Below, piece after piece: positions 51,709-62,721 of a DNA stretch of 64,000 nt. Position 1 is the first letter of the stretch; the number at the start of each line of letters is the position of its first letter. The notes under the pieces are model-generated. The model was not told where the DNA came from. It worked only from the letters and a program-made list of their open reading frames with translations, and ran no database searches. A program made the position numbers and the translations under genes. The DNA is from Trypanosoma brucei (taxonomy: Eukaryota): NCBI GenBank assembly GCA_000002445.1, contig CP000069.1, positions 928,001 through 992,000 of the forward strand, written 5' to 3'.

Positions 51709-52195
51709 ATGAACGAAAGAATCAAAAAGAGAAATAGGGCAGGGTATACTAAAAAGGTGCACGAAAAGGCATTTGGTCTGAGGGGTGGTCGTCAACAAGA
51801 AAAGAAATGTTGCTGGGGAGTTTTGTCCAAAAAAAAATAAAATAATAGTGATAACCCTTTCATTTGGAAGCTTGTGCTCCTCTGTTCTTTGCTGCTTTTT
51901 TTTTGTCAGCCTGCTGAGAGTGTTATGTAACCTACACCATTTATCAAATGGCAACTTGCTTTCTTGTGGTGGAGCATGCCCAAATATTTCGCTATATGGG
52001 TGTCAGGGAATGTGATAGTCTCGTCGGTTACAGTAGTGGCAGTAGGTGACTTTCTGTCGTCTTTTCCCCTCATTTGTATTGTCAGTTGTTGGTGGCACGA
52101 GTATCGTTGTGCAGGCACATACGCACGCACAGTCATACAAGGTGATATCGAAATTTGCATTTACTCCTCTCTTCTCCCTTATTTTTGAATGTTGC

Positions 52196-52230
52196 CACCT
52201 TTTCCCCTCCCCTCCTATTTTTGTTTGATG
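52196..52230 (+). promoter_or_regulatory. Polypyrimidine tract immediately upstream of ATG 52257, a candidate SL acceptor signal
   Basis: ccttttcccctcccctcctatttttgtttg followed by AG dinucleotides before the first in-frame ATG. The same tract is what the ORF track translated as MHLLLSSPLF.... Confidence 0.4.
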
Positions 52231-52256
52231 AACATGCACCCCTGAAGAGAGAAGGG

Positions 52257-53150
52257 ATGGGGGGGAAAACAAATGTAAAGGTTCTTGGAAGACCGACGCA
52301 ACCGACAGGAACCTTTTTTCTCCGAAGCATGGATCGTGACCCTGACAGCCGACCCTTTCTGCGGTGCGAAATGAGGCGAAGAAGTGACCGCAGTCTTCCC
52401 AATACCACTTTGTCGCTTCACTACGATGAACCTAGCCGCAGTCAGTCGAGGCAGTTAGGTGAACGCCGCCGCTTTTTCAAGCAACCCACCGAAAGTCCCT
52501 TTTCACCCGCGAGAGCCCAGCCGGAGCGCCGTCTCCTGCGCCGCGGGTCCCCCAAGTGCTACGCGTCCAGTTTGGATAGTGCTCTCTGCGTTTCACGGGA
52601 CTCGTCGCCATTCCGCTCTTCGATAAGACGTTGCCGGAAACCGCCTTTTAATGACCGGTCAGCAAGCGAACCGCGGCCCTCACGTGTTCCTCTTTCGGGT
52701 GGTCGTGGGCAACTCAACTTGGGAGATCTCGTGCCAATGCCAAAACCGCCAAAACAACGGCTTATACCACCACCCATGGAAAAGAAACCATTACGTACCG
52801 CACGGCGCCGCACACCTCTTCCGTTGTCGCAGACAACACCGGAGAGACGCAGGGGTGTGAAAATGTTTGATGCTAATGAGTACCAAAACGCGTTCGACGG
52901 GGGTCAAACCGCCTCGCTTCTGTTTAACCGTACTCCTAGTGATGTTCCAACCGCTCATCAGAGAACTCCAAGTAACATAAGTGCTCGCAGTAGTGCCTCA
53001 GTTAGATCGGACACTTCTGAAGCCGGTGTGGCAGGGCAGGCGAGGGGTCGAGACTCGCCATCCACTGCGAGGAATTCGGTCACACGGAGGGCGCGAAGCA
53101 TGACACCAACACGGCGTAATTATGATATTATTACGGGATTGCCACTATAA
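52257..53150 (+). CDS. Hypothetical basic Arg/Ser/Pro-rich protein
   Basis: The ORF-track start at 52155 is TTG, and that part translates a polypyrimidine tract. The first ATG (MGGKTNVKV) is at 52257. Low-complexity RS/P-rich composition. Confidence 0.35.
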   Translation: MGGKTNVKVLGRPTQPTGTFFLRSMDRDPDSRPFLRCEMRRRSDRSLPNTTLSLHYDEPSRSQSRQLGERRRFFKQPTESPFSPARAQPERRLLRRGSPKCYASSLDSALCVSRDSSPFRSSIRRCRKPPFNDRSASEPRPSRVPLSGGRGQLNLGDLVPMPKPPKQRLIPPPMEKKPLRTARRRTPLPLSQTTPERRRGVKMFDANEYQNAFDGGQTASLLFNRTPSDVPTAHQRTPSNISARSSASVRSDTSEAGVAGQARGRDSPSTARNSVTRRARSMTPTRRNYDIITGLPL

Positions 53151-53463
53151 CCTAATCGCTGTGCATGCCCTTACTCTAAGAGCAGTAGGTACTATAGAAA
53201 ACTTTTTTTTTCAGTTTCCTGTAGAACTTGATATAGATGGTAGATAGGCGTGCGAAGTACTTACTTTGTTTTATATCTTCCTCCTCCCTTTTATCCCTTG
53301 GACGTTTTTGTTATATTTATTGCGCACATACACGATACCACTTGGTTCCCCATCCCACACCCCCCGTGCTATTAAAATGCCTTCCCACAACAACTACCAC
53401 TTCATGCCATCCTCAATGAGACTACAATAGTGAAGCAAAGGAGTGACGGGGGGAAAAAAGATA

Positions 53464-54090
53464 ATGGTTTACTACTTCACTCTTGCAGCCGATCCGTCGG
53501 TCATATGCTACATGGGTCGTGACAAATACGAAAACGAGAAATTAATTAAATACGGATGGCCGGAAGATATTTGGTTTCACGTTGATAACCATAGCAGTGC
53601 TCACGTTTATGTGCGTATGCCAAAGGGTAAAGGTTTAGATGATTTAACCCCTGCGATCATTGAAGAATGCTCTCAGCTCACCAAGGCGAACAGCATTGAG
53701 GGTTGTAAGCTTAACAACGTACGAGTTGTGTACACGCCCTGGAGTAACTTACACAAAACAGATGGCATGGAAGTGGGGCAGGTGGGGTTTCACAAAGAAT
53801 CTCTCCGCCGGTACCATACCGTTGAAAAAAAAAACAATGCTATGTTGAACAAACTGGAAAAAACAAAAGTCACGAAAGACGACGTTGATTTCCAAACTTT
53901 AAAAGACGAACGGGATGCGGAGGAGAGACGAGAGAAGCGACAGGCTTTAGCAGCCCAACAACAGCGCGAAAAAAAAGAAGCTGCGGCTCGGAAGAAGGCC
54001 GAAGAACTACGCTCGTACGCGTCGCTTATGGTTGAGTCGAAGATGCGAACAAATCAGGAACATATTCCAGATGAAGATGACTTCATGTGA
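53464..54090 (+). CDS. CCDC25: CCDC25/Jlp2-like protein (NFACT-R, DUF814)
   Basis: MVYYFTLAADPSVICYMGRDKYENEKLIKYGWPEDIWFHVDNHSSAHVYVRM matches the conserved CCDC25 N-terminus, and it has a Lys/Glu-rich coiled-coil tail. The ORF-track start is GTG, and the ATG is at 53464. Confidence 0.8.
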   Translation: MVYYFTLAADPSVICYMGRDKYENEKLIKYGWPEDIWFHVDNHSSAHVYVRMPKGKGLDDLTPAIIEECSQLTKANSIEGCKLNNVRVVYTPWSNLHKTDGMEVGQVGFHKESLRRYHTVEKKNNAMLNKLEKTKVTKDDVDFQTLKDERDAEERREKRQALAAQQQREKKEAAARKKAEELRSYASLMVESKMRTNQEHIPDEDDFM

Positions 54091-54413
54091 ACTCTGGAGA
54101 TCTTTCCACGAAGTAGCAACTTCTTTCCCCCCTCCCCCTTCTAGTTGGTGTATCACTTCGCCAGTATACATCTCAAGGGTGTCACGTTTAAGTGCTGCTG
54201 ACGTTTCCTTGGAAAAGAGGAAGGAAAGCGAAATTGTTTCGAGTTGCTGTGTGATCGAGGAAATCGATGGTTGCCTGAAAATTTCTAAAACCTCCCCTCT
54301 CAATTCTTTCTCTCCCTCACATTTCTTCACCGGAGGCTGGCACACACAAAAAAAAAAAGTACAGAAGAGAGGGTTGATCTATAAGTTGTTGCTGCGAAAG
54401 AGTTGTAGCACAA

Positions 54414-56009
54414 ATGCTCTTGGGATGCCGTCGGTTTGTCACACACGCCGTCGGACAATCTTTCCCCCACGTAACTTCTCCATTACGTGGTAAGCGGTTG
54501 CTGCGCTTGCGCCATGGCTGCCCTCGCGCTAAACCACTGCTCTCCGCCGAAGGGGATTTGCACACAACGCCGTTGGACCGTCCCCCGCCAACAGATATGC
54601 CACTCGCGTACTTGCAGGGGGAGATTTTGGATATGGAGAAGTATCGGACAGAAGAAGCTGTTTGGTCGAGAAACACAGTGCGGGAAGCATGGAATGCAAT
54701 TAACCACACACTGCACGATACGACCCCCGGCGTTGATGCAACGAAGAAGAAGGAGATAATTGAAAAAGACCTTGTAGGCTTGGCTCTCTGCACGTCATAT
54801 GCGGAAGTGAAGCACCTTCTTTCTCTGTTGACGCCCTCGCTTCGTTCACATATTGTTTCTCAGCCCTCCTATAAACAAACCGAGGTGGAGGAGTTTTTTC
54901 TCCATCTTGGACAAGACATCGAAGTGAGAGGTGCGGATTGGGTGATTCAGGTTCCGCCCCCGTCGGTGACCGATTTGCGTTATACCCTTGAGCGGGTGGG
55001 CCGATTTGGCGATGACGGCCGTGGGTGTATTGGACACACGCCGCATCGAGTAGCCGTGTGGCGCGGGCGGTTGGGGGAACCGTTAGGACTCACTATTCGT
55101 GTGGGACGTTATGTGCCGAATGTTGCCAGGGCATTGGTTCCTCTTGCGCGACGAGGTAGTGTTTTGATACTCTCCAAGGCGGGTATGGGAAAGACCACAA
55201 TCCTGAGAGACCTCGCTGCTTCCCTCTCTCGTGATCCGGCGAAACCCCGCGTTATGGTCGTTGATACCTCGAACGAAATTGGAGGTGATAGCCCGATGCC
55301 GCTGCCTTTTCTAGGGCGTTGTCGCCGTATCCAGGTCCCGCGTCGCGAGGAGCAACAAGAAGTAATGAAACAAATTCTTCAAAACCACTCACCGGAGTAC
55401 GTAATTGTTGATGAGGTTTCCACTACCGCCGAAGCAGAAGTAACGTGGTCCATTTCCCAACGGGGAGTTCATCTCGTTGCCACATGCCATGGCGAAAGTT
55501 TAGCGGGGTTATTGCAAAACCAGTCACTGAACTTGTTGGTGGGAGGCACCGCGCATGCATTTCTTAGTAACGAGGAGCGGCGGTTACGGAACAAGATCAA
55601 GAAAACTATCCTCGAGAGGCCGCATTCATCACCGTTTAAGTTTGTTGTGGAACTCCATTCACGGAAATTCGCTCATCTTTATGTGGATGTAAACCAGGCT
55701 GTTGATTGTCTTTTGGACCAGGGGGATGCGAGACGAAGTGCACGGATTGGGAAAACAATTGCCATTGATGAGCCACTGCCAGATGAGGTGATGGGTTTAG
55801 TTATGTCTCAAGAAAAGGAAGGTTCATATGCAAGAGAGCCGTCACACGAATCGTGGAGTGAGTGCAACGATGATGACAGTTGCGCCCTCGCCGGGCGGGA
55901 GGGGTGGCGGCCAAACAACCGGCCCGAGAGGCAGCGAGGGACTCGGTCGCATGGATGTCGAAAAAGATCAAATGACGACTTGTTGGACGAACTGAATAAC
56001 TTTAATTAA
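54414..56009 (+). CDS. SpoIIIAA/Ycf45-like P-loop ATPase (putative)
   Basis: Walker A in the family-typical context VLILSKAGMGKTTILRDLAASLS. Walker B YVIVDEVSTTAEAE. The family also shows VVDTSNEIGGD. The Arg-rich N-terminus MLLGCRRFVTHAV may be an organellar presequence. Confidence 0.5.
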   Translation: MLLGCRRFVTHAVGQSFPHVTSPLRGKRLLRLRHGCPRAKPLLSAEGDLHTTPLDRPPPTDMPLAYLQGEILDMEKYRTEEAVWSRNTVREAWNAINHTLHDTTPGVDATKKKEIIEKDLVGLALCTSYAEVKHLLSLLTPSLRSHIVSQPSYKQTEVEEFFLHLGQDIEVRGADWVIQVPPPSVTDLRYTLERVGRFGDDGRGCIGHTPHRVAVWRGRLGEPLGLTIRVGRYVPNVARALVPLARRGSVLILSKAGMGKTTILRDLAASLSRDPAKPRVMVVDTSNEIGGDSPMPLPFLGRCRRIQVPRREEQQEVMKQILQNHSPEYVIVDEVSTTAEAEVTWSISQRGVHLVATCHGESLAGLLQNQSLNLLVGGTAHAFLSNEERRLRNKIKKTILERPHSSPFKFVVELHSRKFAHLYVDVNQAVDCLLDQGDARRSARIGKTIAIDEPLPDEVMGLVMSQEKEGSYAREPSHESWSECNDDDSCALAGREGWRPNNRPERQRGTRSHGCRKRSNDDLLDELNNFN

Positions 56010-56344
56010 GGCACCAATTTTTATCCAACGATAAGCTACAGAACAAAAAAAAAGTACATACTAAGGGTTTTCTTTCAAAAACAGAAACATACCGACTTGC
56101 CCCAGCACATACTGGACGGAAACGCCGGATTCGAGGAATATCAGAACATCTCGCACGTAGCAAAGGCTCCTGTCATCACGTTTTGATACTTTTTTCTTCT
56201 TCTTCTTGAATAGTCCCTAGATTTCTTCCAACGTCAGCACTTTTGTTTAAACTTTCTCTTTCTGATTTCTTTTTTAATTGTCTGTAAATATGTATTTGCG
56301 GTCCTGCTCAGCCATAGTTAATTACGCCCACTAGCAAAGGGCAG

Positions 56345-56836
56345 ATGATATCATTGCGGGGAAACATAGGTTTGCTTACCCGGCGGCGCCACGCCGTTAT
56401 CACTCTCCACTCTGCATTAGAGTTGTGTGGTGTCACACGTTACAAGAGTTCATTACCCAACAGCGCATTAACTGCTCGAACAGCGGAGGCCCTCTATTCC
56501 ATGGAACATTACCATAAGCAATGCCTCAATGAGGATGAGCGTCGGCAAGTCGAAGTGCAAGCTTGGGAAGAACTAATGAACCTTCCTGATGCTGCAGTGG
56601 AGGATGCGTCCTCAAGCGTTGTCGCCGACATTCTCGGTTCCTGGTGCTATTTTTCGAAATTTTGGGACCGAGGAATACAAGGCCCCAACCCATCAGACAG
56701 TCCTGAAGAAAACAACGTCAAAAAGGTCAATGTTCCTCTAATCGCAAGGGAATTCCACCGACCCCATTCCCCATCAACAGTTGACACGGCACCACCACCC
56801 CGCGCGAATCCACTAGATGAAGTGCTGGACTTTTGA
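56345..56836 (+). CDS. Hypothetical small protein (163 aa)
   Basis: ATG-initiated ORF, last in the co-directional array before the AT-rich spacer. No domain recognised. Confidence 0.3.
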   Translation: MISLRGNIGLLTRRRHAVITLHSALELCGVTRYKSSLPNSALTARTAEALYSMEHYHKQCLNEDERRQVEVQAWEELMNLPDAAVEDASSSVVADILGSWCYFSKFWDRGIQGPNPSDSPEENNVKKVNVPLIAREFHRPHSPSTVDTAPPPRANPLDEVLDF

Positions 56837-59376
56837 ATAAGAATTTTTTAAAAATGTAACACCGCATACTTTTACATATTTTCTCCCGACATTTTTTAAT
56901 TTACCGACAATTCCGTACATCACCCCTCAATTCACCACAACATTTCCCCGAAACCTCGTCAAGGAAAAAAAAGAAAATATGGTTTTCTTCACGAACGCGC
57001 AATCGGCAACAAAGCAAAACAAACTGAAAACAACGTAGATCTTCAAAAAAGCAAGGAGAATCCCAAGGAACAAGAAAATACAAATACATACTATCACCTT
57101 CACCACCAACATAAAAGAAGAAGCATTTTACAAAACTATGAAAAAGCTGAGGGGTCGACACCCCCTTCGGAGTGTAATTTTTGAAGAGAATTACCGAATA
57201 GAAACGGGAGTTTCGTATACCGCTCTGGATGAAAGCTTTCCTGTTGTTCATGGCTTTTTTTTTCGTATCGAAGGGGGGAAGGTACACTTTTGTCGGCGTG
57301 CAAGTGAGTTTAGCACGTAGTCGCCACACAAATACTGAGGCATTTAGTGGGCTGGTAAATGAACTCAAATCATTTTCCAACTGGAGGGAAATATCAGAGA
57401 AACTTACGTGGGAGATTATATGTGTACATCAAGAGGACTGGAAAAGCGTTGCGGATGTTCAGAATTGCGAGGCAACGGGTGAAGCGAGAATGAAGAGAAT
57501 TCGTACTCAGTCTGGCAGTACAAATTGTCCGCGTGAGGATCGAAGAGGAGTTAATAAAGCTAATGCTCTTTGGAAAATGTTTTTTTTTTTCAGTACCGTC
57601 TTCGGGTGGGAAAGAATGCGATTCCCACTTTGTTTTCTTCCGCTGTGACGGACTCCAGTGTGAGTACCTTACAGACACTTCTTCCCTGATAATGTCTTCA
57701 TATCAACATCATTTATTTTGATTACTCTAATGAGATGAATACTTATGTTATGTTGATTTGAATATAACCGATGTGTCTCCCTTTTTATATTCATAAATAA
57801 TTAGATGCGAAATACCATACTTATTTAACCTGTTTGCAAAATAATGTGTTGATTGACATATACGTTATGTTCACCTACATTTTTTTGCATATAGTCTCAC
57901 CATGCTTGTACACTTGCCCAATTGGGGGGGGGGGCTAAAAACAAAGCATGTTACATGAGTACGCAAATACATTTTTAACAATTTATTCGTTTTTATTTGG
58001 CTTCTTATGAAGTGAGGACAAACTTCACATTGTTGAGTAGCTAAGTTCTTTTCGCAGCCTCATGATAATAATAATAATTATTAATATTGTATGCCTTACA
58101 TTGTCACGTAAGAGGAGGAGGAGTGAAACAAATGCTATTTGTTTAAGTTAGGTTTTTTCTATCTTCTCTTTTCATTGTTCACATAAACATTGCATGTTAG
58201 TGTTTTCGACAAAGCAGTGCATTCAACAATATTAGCATTTTTCAGTAATAATAAAACATAAATATATCTATGTGTTCCTCTCTATTTATATTTTTAATGT
58301 GCATGCGCTTACGGTACGAAAGAAAACATCTATTGTATTAAATTTTTACCACTTATTACAACTTAATAGTTGGATTCCTGCATGGTGCACTCCAACTCTC
58401 CCTTCCTATCTGCTTATCTACAACACTTTTATTTCTCACATACCATCACATGATTCTAATAGGGATATGGTTATACTAGCTGATTCCGTGATAGCTTCCC
58501 CCCTTGGTTTTTTTTCCAAAAATGACGGGAAATGATACGAGAGATGTTGGGACCTCCAACGAAAATTCGTTTCTGTTACTTTGACAAGTACATGATACAG
58601 TGTTAGACTTAAATGCGGGGATGGAGTTCATTAAAGGACAGATGAAAATACAGAGAGATGAAATTGCGTCTATGGATATGAGACTTAGCAAACAAATGAA
58701 AATACGGGAGGAAAAAGGTGTGGATATAAGTAGGACGTTGAATTGGCTGACGTTACTGGTTGAAAATGAGCGTCCTGGTGCATATGAATCTGCGTACAAT
58801 GTAATACAGCGCGTAATCTCATATGACGATAATAAGGGATTGCTGGGGTTGCATGCTGAGGAAAGGGTTGCTAACCTTCGGGCAGATGAAAAATGCCATA
58901 CCAGGTTCGACCGAAATGGGCCGATATTGCATGTTATCACCTCTAAGAAGGGTTGGTCATGCACAGATTTTGGTGGAAGAGATGCATGCGACATGTTTGT
59001 GCGCAAGGAGACGGTACGTATGTGGCACAGAATCCGAGCACATTTGGATGATTGGTTACCGACTGGCTCCCAAGTGTCCCAACAGCCCCTCTTACTTGTT
59101 TGTTCTCGGGAGATCGGAAAATCCTGTGGTCGGGAGAATACAGCGATGTGCCCTGACGATGCCAGCCACCTCAACGTGGTGTCAGAGTCCAGTACCCCGT
59201 CTCATCGGGGGAAGCCAAGAGCCAGCAGCGTTCCTTTCATGGGCAACACTGCTGTGCTCCGGCTACGGCATCATACAGCACAGGGATCAGCAGCGTCTTG
59301 CTGGGACACCGTTTTTCATTTGTCGGTCCATGGGCACGTGCCAGCGTGTCATCAGCAGTATATCATCCACACTAAG

Positions 59377-59415
59377 ATGCTGCTGTCCGGTGATGTGGAA
59401 GAGAATCCCGGCCCG
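59377..59415 (+). other. 2A-like ribosome-skipping peptide at the retroelement ORF N-terminus (MLLSGDVEENPGP)
   Basis: Canonical D(V/I)E.NPGP motif. It is near-identical to the 2A-like sequence reported for T. brucei ingi (...KMLVSGDVEENPGP), whereas L1Tc of T. cruzi carries DIEQNPGP. Confidence 0.8.
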
Positions 59416-59855
59416 TCGTTGCGCGGGATGCAGTGGAACTGCGCCGGGCTATCTCAAGGAAAGAGATTAGCATTAGCACGTCGGCATACATCCCACCAAA
59501 ACGCACATTCACGGCAAATGACTTAGATACGCTTCTGACGACCGACGGTGCCCAGCTCATCGGTGCAGACGCTAACGCACACGCGTTGGTATGGGATCGC
59601 GCGAGCCCACCAAATACCAAGGGTGAAACCCTCACACAGTGGTGCATTGACAACCAGCTTCTGGTCTGTAACACTGGTGAGTGCACCAGGTACGCCCGCC
59701 ACCACGTGAAGCCCACCCCTGATATGACGCTATCAAGGAATTTCACAGTGTCCAGGTGGACATCGCTGTATTCTCCCGATACCGACCACCATCACATATT
59801 TTTCGACGTTATTGTTGGAGACGACACAGACTCACTGAGCTGCCCGCGGCTTTGA
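59416..59855 (+). pseudogene. AP-endonuclease region of the retroelement, frameshifted
   Basis: MQWNCAGLS (the APE start) runs in frame 1 until the stop at 59526. APE-like sequence then continues in another frame (59433-59855, ...LIGADANAHALVWD...). Confidence 0.55.
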
Positions 59856-59907
59856 AAACCCATGTACGCATAGCTAAAAGCTGACTGGAGGAATTTCCGT
59901 CTCAAGG

Positions 59908-61293
59908 TTGACGAGTTCTGCAGAAAAATTGGTAGAGAATAACGTCAACACCCTGAAACAGAAATTGAGCTCCGCCATCCGCATTGCGACGAAGGTCTCC
60001 GTTCCCCGTGGCTGCAGAGCAACGCCACCACATGGGACACCTGCGCTCGCGAAACTCGATGAAGAGATCGCTGGATACGGACCCTCTCACCGAAGGGAAA
60101 AGTTGGTAGCCACGCGTAAGCAGATCCTGGACCGCACCACAAAGAAGAGATGGAGCACGCTATGCTCCAGACTTGCGGTGTCAGACCGCTGCAGTTGGCA
60201 CATTGTCAAGAAAGTATACGCGCCACGACCACTAACCACACCGGCTGTACTTGTTGATAACGCGGCCATCACGGACTACCGTCAAGCTGAGAGGTTCAGT
60301 AAACTGTACTCATCCCGCGCAAGAAGGCACCCCGACTCACACCCACCGGCACCCATAAAGACGATAGCGAGTGAGTTTAGTCTCATCACGATAGCTGAAC
60401 TACGGAGATCGATCAAACTGCTACCGAGTGGATCCGCAGCCGGACCTGATTGCTTATACAACGAGGCATTACAACATCTCGGTAGAGCAGCGCTGAATGT
60501 TGTGCTGAGGCTATTCAATGAGAGCCTACGAATGGGAGCCGTGCCGTCTGCATGGAAGACCGGTGTTATCATCCCCATCCTGAAGGCCAGAAAAAAGGAA
60601 GAGTACCCCGAATCTTACAGGCCTGTGACGCTCACGAGCTGTCTCTGCAAAGTCATGGAGCGCATAATTGCCGCAAGGTTTAGAGACACTGTTGAGTCCC
60701 AGCTGACGCCGCAGCAATCAGGCTTTCGCCCCGGATGCTCACCGCTCGAACAACTCCTGCACGTCTGCGCTGCCCTCTGCCGTCCCACGCACCAATATCG
60801 TACAGGTGCTGTATTCGTTGACTACGAGAAGGCATTTGACACAGTAGACCACGACAAAATTGCGGGGGAAATGCACAGAATGAAGGTATCACCCCACATT
60901 GTGAAGTGGTGCGTATCATTTCTGAGTAACCGAACTGGTAGAGTGAGATTCAAGGAGAAACTTTCCAGAAGCAGAACATTTGAGCGAGGAGTGCCACAAG
61001 GAACTCTCCTTGGCCCAATCATGTTCATAATTGTCATGAACTCGTTGAGCCAACGCCTTGCAGAAGTGCCGTTGCTGCAGCACGGATTCTTTGCAGACGA
61101 CCTGACGCTACTTGCGAGGCACACAGAGGGATGTCATCAACCAGACGCTACAATGCGGCCTAAACGTGGTGTTACAGTGGTCAAAAGAGTACTTCATGTC
61201 TATCAATGTAGCGAAAACAAAGTTCACACTCTTCGGGTTCACAGAGCGCCACCCCCTTACATTACAACTGGAAGGCGAAAGAATAGGAGCTGA
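59908..61293 (+). pseudogene. Reverse-transcriptase domain ORF of the retroelement (intact over about 460 aa but out of frame with the flanking domains)
   Basis: Conserved non-LTR RT blocks including FVDYEKAFDTVDH (motif A-like) and FFADDLTLLARH (YXDD-type motif C). Confidence 0.75.
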
Positions 61294-62172
61294 CAGGACA
61301 CCGAAGCTTCTAGGAGTAACATTCCAGTGTCTGCAAGGGATGGCAACACATGCGGCCGAAACGAGACGCAAGATGGACTTCCGACTACTGCAGATAACAG
61401 TCATCTCAGCTTCTATATGGGGGCCAATACGACAAGTGCTGAGAGCTTTTTATCTAGCACTCGTACAGGCACGCACCATGTGTGGCATTGAGGTATGGTA
61501 CTGGGACGCTTCGGAACGAAGTCGCGACCTCCTTGCAGCAGCACAACACAAAGCCAGTCGAATCATAGCTGGCATACCGCATGGGACGCGCGAAGAGGAC
61601 TCTCTGCTGGAAGCAAACCTCCTGCCACTCAAGACGACCACTCTTGTGCGCAGCATGAAATTCATGCTGATGTGTGAGTCACGAGGCGGATGTTTGCGGC
61701 GCAGTGCTGAGGAAGTATACCACAGCAAACACCCAGTCAGAGCCCTACACTCCCGCATCATGCGGTCCTACCCCCACCTCCGCATTGAGCCACGCGAGCA
61801 CCCACTAGAGACATCGACGCTCCGCCACAGCTGCCGACCGATATTTCACACGCAGATAAAGCCTGTGTGCGCTGATGACCCTGACAATGTCAAAAGGGAG
61901 GCTTCCGAAAAGTGATTGCACGGCATTTTTCACGGAGGGGGAAGGAGCCACCGCGGCGAGTGCACTACGAATTGTGGACTGATGGATCCGTGCCCCTCGG
62001 TGAGAAGTCCGGATCAACTGCCCTGCTCTATAGAAACAACACGCTGATTTGTGCACCCGAGACCGGAGCAGGGGAACTTTCATGCAGTTACAGAGCGGAA
62101 TGCGTAGCATTAGAGATAGGACTGTAACGGCTGCTGAAATGGCTTCTGGCATACAGAAGCACACCGAGCAGG

Positions 62173-62721
62173 TTGTCCATCTTCTCTGACTCGCTGTCAA
62201 TGTTAACAGCACTGCAGACGGGCCCCCTATCCGTAACGGACCCAATTCTGAGACGACTATGGAGGCTTCTGCTTCAAGTTGAGAGAAGGAAGGTGCGTAT
62301 CCGACTGCAATTTGCGTCCGGCCATTGTGGCGTGAAACGGAATGAGGTTTGCGATGAAATGGCCAAAAAGGCCGCTGATTTACCACAGTTGCGAGACGCA
62401 TGGATCCCCGACATCATTGCTTATGCGAAGCGAGTGCTTAGGTCGGAAGAAGTCTATGAGAACACTCATAGGTTTGGTATCACGGGCAACCACTTTCCAA
62501 CAAAACATAAAGAAGAACTGACGGGGGAAGAAGAAACGGCACTGGCACGCTTTCGGGTTGGAGTCTTCAAGATACTATGGATGGATGTTGCGAAAGATCA
62601 ACCCGAGTGTGCCTCCACAGTGCCGATGGTGCAACCCGCAACATGCAGCAATAGGGCCAACAATACAAACAGTCCCAACTGTTGCGACACGCACTCTTCA
62701 GAGAACCTCCGAACCAACTAA
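62173..62721 (+). pseudogene. RNase H-like segment of the retroelement
   Basis: IFSDSLSMLTALQTG...LQFASGHCGVKRNEVCDEMAKKAA resembles the RNase H C-terminal H..G..GNE.AD.LA motif. Confidence 0.5.

Noticed and set aside
52155-52256. N-terminal extensions from the ORF track at 52155, and likewise at 24065, 35146 and 53443
   Set aside because: They begin at TTG/GTG codons and run through polypyrimidine tracts, so each CDS was re-anchored to the first in-frame ATG.
58476-59174. 232-aa minus-strand ORF upstream of, and overlapping, the retroelement 5' flank
   Set aside because: It has no recognisable motif and is antisense to the read-through frame in an AT-rich spacer. It is likely spurious.
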